A stretch of 64,000 nucleotides of DNA from Calditrichota bacterium. GTDB taxonomy: Bacteria; Zhuqueibacterota; Zhuqueibacteria; Thermofontimicrobiales; Thermofontimicrobiaceae. Shown piece by piece: positions 9,676 to 17,280 of this stretch (its first letter is position 1; each line of letters opens with the position of its first letter). The notes beneath the pieces are model-generated. The model did not search any database. It worked only from the letters and a program-made list of their open reading frames with translations, and had not been told where the DNA came from. The DNA lies in the NCBI GenBank assembly GCA_013152715.1, contig JAADFU010000094.1, forward strand, positions 12,610 to 76,609, read 5' to 3'. Made by a program: the position numbers and the translations under genes.

Positions 9676-10257
9676 ATGCAAACGGCTTTCAACATAATGA
9701 TTTCAATTGTCATTTTTTCACTTTTAATGATGATAGTCGTCGGCGTCGATGGCAACGTGAAATCTGTTTCCAGGCAGTTGTCAGGCGACAAAATCGCCCA
9801 GGAAATGGTCGTTGGAATTGCCGAGTTAATCGACCATGATTTTGCCAAAATTGGCTACATGAAAACCGCTCCTAAATTTAAATTAGGAGCGTTGGATTCA
9901 AATAAAATCACTTTTTATTGCGATTATGACAATAATGGGCTCATGGATTCGGTTTCGTTTTATTTTGACCGGAAAGTCAGTGCTGTGAAATCCAATCCAC
10001 ACATTCGCCACCTGTATCGCAAGATGAATAATCAAAATCCCGAAAAAGTTGCTTTGGGAATTGTTTATTTCAATCTCGCTTACTTTGATGAAAATATGAA
10101 TCCTATCAGCTACGGCAAATTAGCGGATGTGAATTATGTGAATCAAATTAAAGCGATTCGGGTCCGTTTGCGTGCAGAGACTCAATTTCAAATTGAAAAT
10201 CATTTCGGGAGCGCTTATTGGGGAAAAGTCTATTTCCCCAAAAATTTAAATTTATAG
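9676..10257 (+). CDS. Pilin-like/minor-pseudopilin-like protein B (N-terminal TM anchor); paralog of 11950-12534
   Basis: N-terminal helix IMISIVIFSLLMMIVVG. Similarity to the paralog (e.g. ELIDHDFAKIGY vs DILEYDFRKIGH). Size class (193 aa) resembles GspJ/PilW-type minor pilins. Confidence 0.35.
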   Translation: MQTAFNIMISIVIFSLLMMIVVGVDGNVKSVSRQLSGDKIAQEMVVGIAELIDHDFAKIGYMKTAPKFKLGALDSNKITFYCDYDNNGLMDSVSFYFDRKVSAVKSNPHIRHLYRKMNNQNPEKVALGIVYFNLAYFDENMNPISYGKLADVNYVNQIKAIRVRLRAETQFQIENHFGSAYWGKVYFPKNLNL

Positions 10258-10278
10258 AACCATAAATCAGCAGAGATT

Positions 10279-11322
10279 TTGCAAATGGGAAAAGCCGCGC
10301 TGTTCATAGTGATTGGATTGTCCGTTTCATTGGCATTTATAAAATTGGCCTTGATCGGTTATCCGGTCCAGTCGATGACCAACACCAGCGATTATTTTAG
10401 TTCGGTGACCGCGACTAATATTGCCCGGTCAGCGCTGAATAATTATCTGAAAAAGCTAAATCAGAATAAATCATTGCACGGTACTTTTGTCGAGGAAGAT
10501 CAATATATGGAAGGCGGAATCGACACGGTTGCCATTTCATCGGCTTCCGCTAATCCAACAATCGGAGATACAATTTCAGTAGCGGTAAAAGCTTGGTACA
10601 ATAAAAAAAGAAAAGAAGCTTCGGCGAAAATAGTATTGTCGAAATTAACAATACCGCCGCTGGAGGCGGCTGTCGCTTTCCCGGGTCAGAATCCGGTGCT
10701 TGATCTCAACGGCGCGCCGCTAATCGATGGCAATAATCACGACTATACCGGAAATTTGTCGTCTGATTCCAGCGATTTGCCTGGCGTCGCCGTTCACTCA
10801 ACAACGGATAGCGTCAACATCGTACAAAAACTTTACCATGACAAACAAGAAGATCACGTCGTTGGATTTGGCGGAATGCCCAGTGTACACGTCAAAGCAG
10901 TAGATGATCCGTCGGTTTTTATCGATCCCATTACTGCCAGCGCTGATTACCGTCTGCCAGCGGGAACCTATAGTTCGGTGACATTTGGATCCAAAAATAC
11001 GCCGGTTATTGTTTACGGACAGGGTGATTTGAAATTTTCCGGCGGCGTTGTCGGTCACGGAATTTTGGTAATCGATGGCACTTTGACGCTGTCAGGCAAT
11101 TTTTTCTGGTATGGCATCGTTTACGTCGTCGGACCCTCGCCGGAAATCTTCAACTCGGTGGGTACGAACAGGATTATCGGCGGTGTGGTACTCGGCGGTA
11201 AAGATAAGACCGCTCGTTTGCGCGGCACTGCAGATATTCAGTACAGCTATGAAGCTGTTGAAAATGTGCGAAACAACACAAAAAGTCTTTTGACAATGAA
11301 TTTGATTTCATGGTTCGAATAA
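10279..11322 (+). CDS. Large pilin-like/PilX_N-like anchored protein C with beta-rich C-terminal domain; paralog of 12560-13825
   Basis: N-terminal helix MQMGKAALFIVIGLSVSLAFIKLAL (PilX N-terminal-like, no Glu+5). Gly-rich beta-strand repeats (GGVVGHGILVIDGTLTLSGNFFWYGIVYVVG). Size (347 aa) comparable to GspK/PilX-type tip pseudopilins. Confidence 0.35.
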   Translation: MQMGKAALFIVIGLSVSLAFIKLALIGYPVQSMTNTSDYFSSVTATNIARSALNNYLKKLNQNKSLHGTFVEEDQYMEGGIDTVAISSASANPTIGDTISVAVKAWYNKKRKEASAKIVLSKLTIPPLEAAVAFPGQNPVLDLNGAPLIDGNNHDYTGNLSSDSSDLPGVAVHSTTDSVNIVQKLYHDKQEDHVVGFGGMPSVHVKAVDDPSVFIDPITASADYRLPAGTYSSVTFGSKNTPVIVYGQGDLKFSGGVVGHGILVIDGTLTLSGNFFWYGIVYVVGPSPEIFNSVGTNRIIGGVVLGGKDKTARLRGTADIQYSYEAVENVRNNTKSLLTMNLISWFE

Positions 11323-11425
11323 TTTTTATCACATGATTGTCACTGAGATTATTAACTCACAGTTAGTGATTTTGCGCGGCAACGATCTTATTTGTAATTA
11401 GTTATTTAAAATTGGGTTAAGAAAA

Positions 11426-11929
11426 ATGGGAAAAGGCGATCTGATTTTGGTCATCGGCGGACTTTTGCTGCTGTCAATGTTCACGCTTACAATAAACAGC
11501 TCGATTCGTGAGAATCAAAGCACGCTTTATTCAAGCGAAAGCGTCTTGAATGGATTAGTTTTAGCGCAAAAGTACATTGAAGAAGCGGAAGCGCTGCGCT
11601 TCGATGAAAACAAATCCGCGACGATTCCCAGTTCGTTCACCAAGCCGATTCGTCTGGGCCCTGACGGAAATGAGCATTATCCTTATTTTGACGACATCGA
11701 TGATTTTAACGGTTTTTCTGTTACAGATACATTGTCGGGAAACGTACCTTACACAATTTATATCAGCGTTTTTTATGCAACATTAACGAAGCCGGATAAA
11801 GTTTCTACCAGCCGAACCTATTTCAAAAGGATGGTAGTGGAGATATTTTCACCATTTATGAAAGATGCAGGCGATAAAACGATCACTTTGAAAAAACTTT
11901 TTGCTTATCATTATTTTTATAGTCAATAA
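11426..11929 (+). CDS. Pilin-like protein A' (second copy of the cassette)
   Basis: N-terminal helix DLILVIGGLLLLSMFTLTIN. Conserved blocks shared with 9172-9663 (see that entry). Confidence 0.4.
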   Translation: MGKGDLILVIGGLLLLSMFTLTINSSIRENQSTLYSSESVLNGLVLAQKYIEEAEALRFDENKSATIPSSFTKPIRLGPDGNEHYPYFDDIDDFNGFSVTDTLSGNVPYTIYISVFYATLTKPDKVSTSRTYFKRMVVEIFSPFMKDAGDKTITLKKLFAYHYFYSQ

Positions 11930-11949
11930 AAAATTGAGACGGATTTGCC

Positions 11950-12534
11950 ATGAATGCTATTAGAGAAACATTATTAGCGCTATTTTTCGCCGGATGGATT
12001 ATCATGATAGGCCTCCGGGTAAATACAAACTCGACATTGCATCTTTACAACACCCAGCGGAGCGCCATCAATCAAGAAAATTTGCACGTTGTTACTGACA
12101 TTCTGGAATATGACTTTCGCAAAATCGGACATGGATTGCTAAATCCGCTCGGCGCGATTCAAGTCGCCGACAGCAATCGCATCGTGTTTTCTTATGACAA
12201 AGATCCATCATTAGTTTACGATTCCATCAGAGTTGTTTACAAGATGGTTCCAGTTAAACATAAGAACCACAAATTCAACAAGATACTCATACGCAAAGAA
12301 AATTCAAATAAAATTACCCGTTTTCCGTTTGGCATTTCCAGATTCAATTTGAAGTATTTCAACAAATTTGGGAAAAATTTGCCGACGCCGGTTGTCTCCG
12401 ATTCATTGGCAAGTATCCGGGAAATTGAAATCTCTTTGACGTTAGCGAGTAGTGACCTTGAAAAAGATGAATATGGAGAAGCGAAATATGTCACCAGAAT
12501 TGTGCCAAAAAATTTATTGAGCCATTATGATTGA
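11950..12534 (+). CDS. Pilin-like protein B' (second copy)
   Basis: N-terminal helix LLALFFAGWIIMIGL. Paralogous to 9676-10257. Confidence 0.35.
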   Translation: MNAIRETLLALFFAGWIIMIGLRVNTNSTLHLYNTQRSAINQENLHVVTDILEYDFRKIGHGLLNPLGAIQVADSNRIVFSYDKDPSLVYDSIRVVYKMVPVKHKNHKFNKILIRKENSNKITRFPFGISRFNLKYFNKFGKNLPTPVVSDSLASIREIEISLTLASSDLEKDEYGEAKYVTRIVPKNLLSHYD

Positions 12535-12559
12535 CTAGAAAACTACAACAGGTGAAATC

Positions 12560-13825
12560 ATGGGACGTTACATCGCTTTCATTATCATGGGGTTTTTCAT
12601 CAGTACTTCTACATTGCGGATGCAGGCAAATCGCTACACCACCGCCAGCGTGAATAATTTTTCGGATAAATACAAGAAATTAGTTGTCAAAAATGTCGCA
12701 AACACTGGCGCTACAATTGCATTAAATGCCTTGACAGTCAACATCAATGAAATAAAAGGCATTAAAAATCAGCCTATTGATGGCGGTCATTTTTCTTACT
12801 TTCTTGAAAGACAAAAAGATGATCCAAAGTTAGGCCCGACTGAGATAAGAGTCACTTCTATTGGTCACTTTATGAATAAGACAGACACGGTGATCGTTTT
12901 GCTAACGCGCCCCTCATTTTCACGCTATGCCTATTTCACAAATCACGAAGGAAATATCTGGTTTGCCACAGGAGACACAATTTACGGTCCCTGCCACACA
13001 AACACTTATTTTCAGATGGCAGGACGACCTGTTTTTTACGGAAAAGTGACGAGCGCAAAAGTCTATAATTCACATAGCCCTTATCGTAAATATTACTACG
13101 GCCTGACAGATCCCAAATTTTACGGCGGCACAGAATGGGGAATTCCTAAACTTCCTATGCCGACTCAAATTCCTCAGGACTTAATCGATGCCGCGAAGAA
13201 CGGAGGCATCTACATTTCAAAAAGGCACGTCTGGATGAAGTTCCGATCGAACGGCACAGTGAAAATCGCAGCGAAAAATTCTTCGAAAACGCCCAAATCA
13301 TGGGAATATACAACTTACAACCTCAATAGCACAAACGGCGTTATTTACATCACGAATAGCGGCTCAAGGCCAACAGTGCGCGTCAAAGGCACAGTCAATG
13401 GAAAAGTGACTGTGGGAACCCGCGGCTACATGAGAATCACAGGCGACATCGTTTACGCCGATGATCCGCGCGTAAACCCAAACTCCAACGATTTGTTGGG
13501 ATTGCTTTCAGAACGAGATATTATTGTTTACAATAACCATCACGATCAAGATCGGACAATTCAAGCAAGCATTATGACTTTGGACCCTGCCACGGCTCCA
13601 AACAAGAATTTTTGGGTCGATCGCTACAAATATGATCGTTACGGACGTTTGCATTTATTGGGCGGTTTGATTCAAAATTCACGCGGCGCCGTGGGGCTGG
13701 TCGGAAGCTACTACAGCAGAAAAGGCTATCTCAAAGATTACCACTGGGACCAAAGACTAATGAAAATGAGCCCGCCTTATTTTCCTGCATTATTCGCTTT
13801 GCGCAAAATTTCCTGGTGGGAATAA
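12560..13825 (+). CDS. Pilin-like anchored protein C' (second copy, 421 aa)
   Basis: N-terminal helix YIAFIIMGFFISTST. Beta-rich Gly repeats (GTVNGKVTVGTRGYMRITGDIVYADD, HLLGGLIQNSRGAVGLVGSYY). Same position in the cassette as 10279-11322. Confidence 0.35.
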   Translation: MGRYIAFIIMGFFISTSTLRMQANRYTTASVNNFSDKYKKLVVKNVANTGATIALNALTVNINEIKGIKNQPIDGGHFSYFLERQKDDPKLGPTEIRVTSIGHFMNKTDTVIVLLTRPSFSRYAYFTNHEGNIWFATGDTIYGPCHTNTYFQMAGRPVFYGKVTSAKVYNSHSPYRKYYYGLTDPKFYGGTEWGIPKLPMPTQIPQDLIDAAKNGGIYISKRHVWMKFRSNGTVKIAAKNSSKTPKSWEYTTYNLNSTNGVIYITNSGSRPTVRVKGTVNGKVTVGTRGYMRITGDIVYADDPRVNPNSNDLLGLLSERDIIVYNNHHDQDRTIQASIMTLDPATAPNKNFWVDRYKYDRYGRLHLLGGLIQNSRGAVGLVGSYYSRKGYLKDYHWDQRLMKMSPPYFPALFALRKISWWE

Positions 13826-14176
13826 TGAGTCTTTCATTTTTTTTGTTACAAACAGCGCACATCCTCCAAGGCAGATTTGGGATTGTTTAACGTGGAAAAT
13901 ATTTTCATTTTAGTTGACGACCTGCCGAATTTGTTTCTGCTAAATTTTTACTAAAACTCTTTTCTTCCAATCTGAACAAATTTCACATTTCAAAATGAAA
14001 TATTGCCTAATCATAATTCTCTTTTTGAACAACCAGTCATTTGCTCAAAAGACATTTAAATTTTTAGCAATTTTTCTACTGCTTTATTTCTTTTATTTAC
14101 AATATGTTAAACAAATTAGTTTTTTTATTTGCGTCAGCCTAAAAACCTTGAAATAATAATTCTATTTTCTAGCTAA

Positions 14177-14192
14177 TGGTACGCTTTTTGTT
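14177..14192 (+). promoter_or_regulatory. Putative sigma-54 (-24/-12) promoter, near-consensus: TGGTACGCTTTTTGTT vs TGGCACG-N4-TTGCW
   Basis: GG at 14178-14179 and the conserved G at 14190 with correct 10-nt spacing, about 58 bp upstream of the DUF4347-like gene. A sigma-54 enhancer-binding protein gene lies immediately downstream. One mismatch in each element. Confidence 0.3.
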
Positions 14193-14249
14193 AGATAGAA
14201 TATTGAATTCCAACGAAACATAACTCTCAAATATGAAAGGGGTTGGGAA

Positions 14250-14876
14250 ATGCGTGAGGAAAAAACATTGTCGGGATGTGTGGTCATTTTTGGGATGCTG
14301 TTATTAATTTTTAGCGGGACGCATCAAATATGGGCACAAGCGAACCATTCAATGAAGCCGTTGAACGTCATTTTCGTTTCCAGCAAAATCCAGAATGCAC
14401 AAGCGATTGCCGACGCGGCAGACAAAGAGGCAGTGGCTGTCGTTTATGATTTTGAAAATACAACGCTGAGGCAAATTAATTTGACTCTGGAAGAATTAGT
14501 GCAATGGAAAGGGAAAAAAATTGACCATTTAATGTTCTTCTGCCACGGCGCGCCGGGGACGGTCATTTTAAGTGCTAAGGAAATTGTGGACGTGAAATCC
14601 GTGAAGAGCGAATCCGATGAATGGAAATTTTTCAGCAAAATGTTCAACAAAAATGCTACCATCGATTTTTATGGCAGTGAAATCGGCTGGGGCGAAGAAG
14701 GCAAACAATTGGTCACATTTCTCTCTCAGGTGACAGGCGCCACTGTTCGCGCCAGCGTCAATTCGTCCGGCAACATTCATGACGCCGATTGGAATTTGGA
14801 AATCAAAACGGGGAAAAATCAAATTCCCTGCCCAATTAATTTTTCGCAGTTAGCAAAAACGCCCCTGTATTTTTAA
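14250..14876 (+). CDS. Secreted standalone DUF4347-like domain protein
   Basis: Signal peptide (…LLIFSGTHQIWAQA|N). Mature part matches the DUF4347 pattern as I recall it: (FFCHGAPGTVILSAK ~ HxxSHGxxG; IDFYGSEIG ~ LLYGCNVA; GATVRASVNSSGN ~ GADVAAS; DADWNLEIKTG ~ GGDWxLE). That domain normally sits at the N-terminus of giant adhesin-like proteins; here it is 208 aa in total. Confidence 0.55.
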   Translation: MREEKTLSGCVVIFGMLLLIFSGTHQIWAQANHSMKPLNVIFVSSKIQNAQAIADAADKEAVAVVYDFENTTLRQINLTLEELVQWKGKKIDHLMFFCHGAPGTVILSAKEIVDVKSVKSESDEWKFFSKMFNKNATIDFYGSEIGWGEEGKQLVTFLSQVTGATVRASVNSSGNIHDADWNLEIKTGKNQIPCPINFSQLAKTPLYF

Positions 14877-14999
14877 ATAGATGGCGCTGTTTAGTCAGCG
14901 CCTGTCCACTGCCGCTGGTTGTCGCCCCTCTGCCAGCGGCATGGGCTTTTTCTGATGATCAACAAAATTTGGCCAATCACAGCGAATGAGAACACAGCT

Positions 15000-16394
15000 A
15001 TGGAAAATGAAAACAATGATCCGAGAACAGTTCTGGTGGTCGACGATGATATTGTTGATCTGAAAATTATGGAGCGTTTTTTCTTAAACAATAATTATCC
15101 GCATCTGCTCGCTAAAAATGCTGCTGACGGTTTATTGCTTTACCACAAACATTATCCGAAAATCATTTTCATCGATTTGCTGCTTCCGGACATGAATGGT
15201 ATTACATTGATGGAAGAAATTATCCGTGAAGATCCCGAAGTCTCCATCGTCATCGCTACGGGCCACGCTTCAGTGGAAACTGCGGTCGAGGCGATCAAAA
15301 AAGGCGCCTGCGACTATATCACCAAGCCTATTGATATGTATCAGTTGTCGCTTTTGACAGAACGTCTGGTAAAATCGCAGCAAGTTTTGCTGGAAAAAAA
15401 TCTTTTGCAGGCGAGATTGGATGAATTGTTTGGGTTTCATAATTTTATCGGCCAAAGCCAGCAGATCAAAAATGTCATTCGTCAAATCTTGCAAGTCGCC
15501 CGCACAAGTGCGACAGCGCTCATCACCGGCGAATCCGGAACCGGAAAAGAACTTTGCGCCAATGCCATTCACCAATCCAGTCCAAGAAAAAATAAACCAT
15601 TCATCAAACTAAATTGTGCCGCTCTGCCTGAGAATATCATTGAAAGCGAACTTTTCGGCCATGAAAAAGGCGCGTTTACCTCAGCGATTCAAAAACGCAT
15701 TGGGAAATTTGAATTGGCGGACGGCGGCACCATTTTCCTGGACGAGATCGGAGACCTTTCAATTTCTATTCAAGCAAAACTGTTGCGCGTGCTCGAGAAC
15801 CAGGAATTTGAGCGAATTGGCGGCAATCAGACAATTAAAGTGGACGTGCGCCTCGTCGCCGCCACAAACAGAGATTTAAGACAAGCGGTGGAAAAGGGGC
15901 TTTTCCGCGAGGACTTATTTTATCGGTTGAATGTGGTTAATATTCATATTCCACCGCTTCGCGAGCGACGTGAAGATATTCCGGTGCTTCTGACTCATTT
16001 TCTCCAACATTTCGCGGAGCAGATGAATAAACCAATTAAGTCAATTTCGGCGAAGGCACAAGCGTTGCTCAACTCATATTCTTGGCCAGGCAATGTGAGA
16101 GAGTTAGTCAATACGATTGAGCGGGCAGTTGTTTTTTGCGAGTCAAGCACAGTAACGGAGCGGGACCTGCCAGATCAGATCGCCGGAGCAAGCAACGACC
16201 CAGCAAACTCATGGAATATGCCGTTGTTGCCTTTGGCTCAGATGGAAAAAAAGTTGATCGAGCGAGTGTTAATCGAAACCAATTGGAATTTACGTCGCGC
16301 TGCGAAAATTTTAAACATCCATCGTGGAACTCTTTACAGCAAAATTGAAAAACATGGGATTAAGAAAAACAAATTATTGATGGCGTTCAATTAA
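15000..16394 (+). CDS. Sigma-54-dependent Fis-family response regulator (NtrC/PilR-like: REC + AAA+ sigma-54 activator + HTH)
   Basis: Receiver domain (VLVVDDD…D…T…K). Sigma-54 interaction domain with Walker A GESGTGKE, the GAFTSA loop and LDEIGD. C-terminal Fis-type HTH (LRRAAKILNIHRGTLYSKI). The ORF track starts at 14919; the start at ATG 15000 (MENENNDPRTV) or 14955 is uncertain. Confidence 0.85.
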   Translation: MENENNDPRTVLVVDDDIVDLKIMERFFLNNNYPHLLAKNAADGLLLYHKHYPKIIFIDLLLPDMNGITLMEEIIREDPEVSIVIATGHASVETAVEAIKKGACDYITKPIDMYQLSLLTERLVKSQQVLLEKNLLQARLDELFGFHNFIGQSQQIKNVIRQILQVARTSATALITGESGTGKELCANAIHQSSPRKNKPFIKLNCAALPENIIESELFGHEKGAFTSAIQKRIGKFELADGGTIFLDEIGDLSISIQAKLLRVLENQEFERIGGNQTIKVDVRLVAATNRDLRQAVEKGLFREDLFYRLNVVNIHIPPLRERREDIPVLLTHFLQHFAEQMNKPIKSISAKAQALLNSYSWPGNVRELVNTIERAVVFCESSTVTERDLPDQIAGASNDPANSWNMPLLPLAQMEKKLIERVLIETNWNLRRAAKILNIHRGTLYSKIEKHGIKKNKLLMAFN

Positions 16395-16463
16395 GCTGTC
16401 GGAATATTTGTCATAATTTTCAGTTAGAGATGTTGGAAAACGTTTAGCAAAAAAAAGAGAGGG

Positions 16464-16892
16464 GTGGTCACCATGTCTCCTAAAAAAACCACTCAAAAAT
16501 TCGACAGCGGAATCACCAAAAAGATGTTAATTATTGATGATTCTGAAGTCAATCGTTATTTGCTGGAAACGGTGCTCAGCCATTTGGGTTATGATACCAT
16601 TGCCGCTGTTAACGGGGAAGCCGGATTGGCGGAATTTAAAAAAAGCCAGCCATTCATTACTTTTTTGGACATTGTTATGCCGGGAAAATCCGGGCTGGAA
16701 ATCCTCAAACAGATAAATGAAATATCGCCTTCTTCCATCGTGGTCATGGTTAGTTCTTTCTCAAGCAAAGAAAATCTATTCGAAGCGAAAAAGGCTGGCG
16801 CTAATTGGTTCCTTGTCAAACCGATCACGGCTTCAAAAATAGCGGAATTAGTCGCTTATTTTGAGAAAAAAAGTTTGCAGCAAAGCTATTAA
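16464..16892 (+). CDS. Single-domain CheY-like response regulator receiver
   Basis: MLIIDDSEVNR…D…LDIVMPGKSGLEIL…K: Asp pocket, phospho-acceptor Asp in FLDIVMP, conserved Lys. Confidence 0.8.
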   Translation: MVTMSPKKTTQKFDSGITKKMLIIDDSEVNRYLLETVLSHLGYDTIAAVNGEAGLAEFKKSQPFITFLDIVMPGKSGLEILKQINEISPSSIVVMVSSFSSKENLFEAKKAGANWFLVKPITASKIAELVAYFEKKSLQQSY

Positions 16893-16909
16893 CAGAAACG
16901 GGAGAAAAC

Positions 16910-17248
16910 ATGATTTGCAAATCTTGCGGCGCTGACAACAAGGATTGGGCGTCTTATTGCACGCATTGCGGCGTTCCTCTGGGAAATGTTTGTCGCTGCT
17001 CTTTTATTAATGAGGCCGGAGACCTGTACTGCGGCGGTTGTGGCAGACCACTGATGGCGAACGGGAATGACAGGTTGAAGCGCGACATAGCTCTTGAGGG
17101 TTTGGAACTTGTCGACAATCAATTCAATGAATCACAGATAAAAAAACTCATCAGAGAGAGCCTGTTGATGAAAGTGGATGAAGACGATTCCATCAATCAA
17201 AGCGATATCGATTTGATTTTTTCCATGGACAACGATCCGCCAGAGTGA
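16910..17248 (+). CDS. Small double zinc-ribbon protein
   Basis: CKSCGADN…CTHCG and CRC…CGGCG Cys pairs at the N-terminus, acidic C-terminal tail; located between the receiver gene and pilB. Confidence 0.4.
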   Translation: MICKSCGADNKDWASYCTHCGVPLGNVCRCSFINEAGDLYCGGCGRPLMANGNDRLKRDIALEGLELVDNQFNESQIKKLIRESLLMKVDEDDSINQSDIDLIFSMDNDPPE

Positions 17249-17280
17249 GAAATTTTAGTGACTAAAACGACGCATCGAGG

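Noticed and set aside
11329-11337. Shared 8/9-mer (C)ACATGATT upstream of both pilin-like cassettes as a regulator binding site
   Set aside because: An 8-mer shared between two approximately 100-bp AT-rich regions is not statistically compelling alone. It is kept only as a note inside the inverted-repeat finding.
9172-13825. Calling the six anchored proteins canonical type IV major/minor pilins
   Set aside because: None has the Gly(-1)/Phe(+1)/Glu(+5) class III signal sequence, so they are reported only as pilin-like or PilX_N-like.
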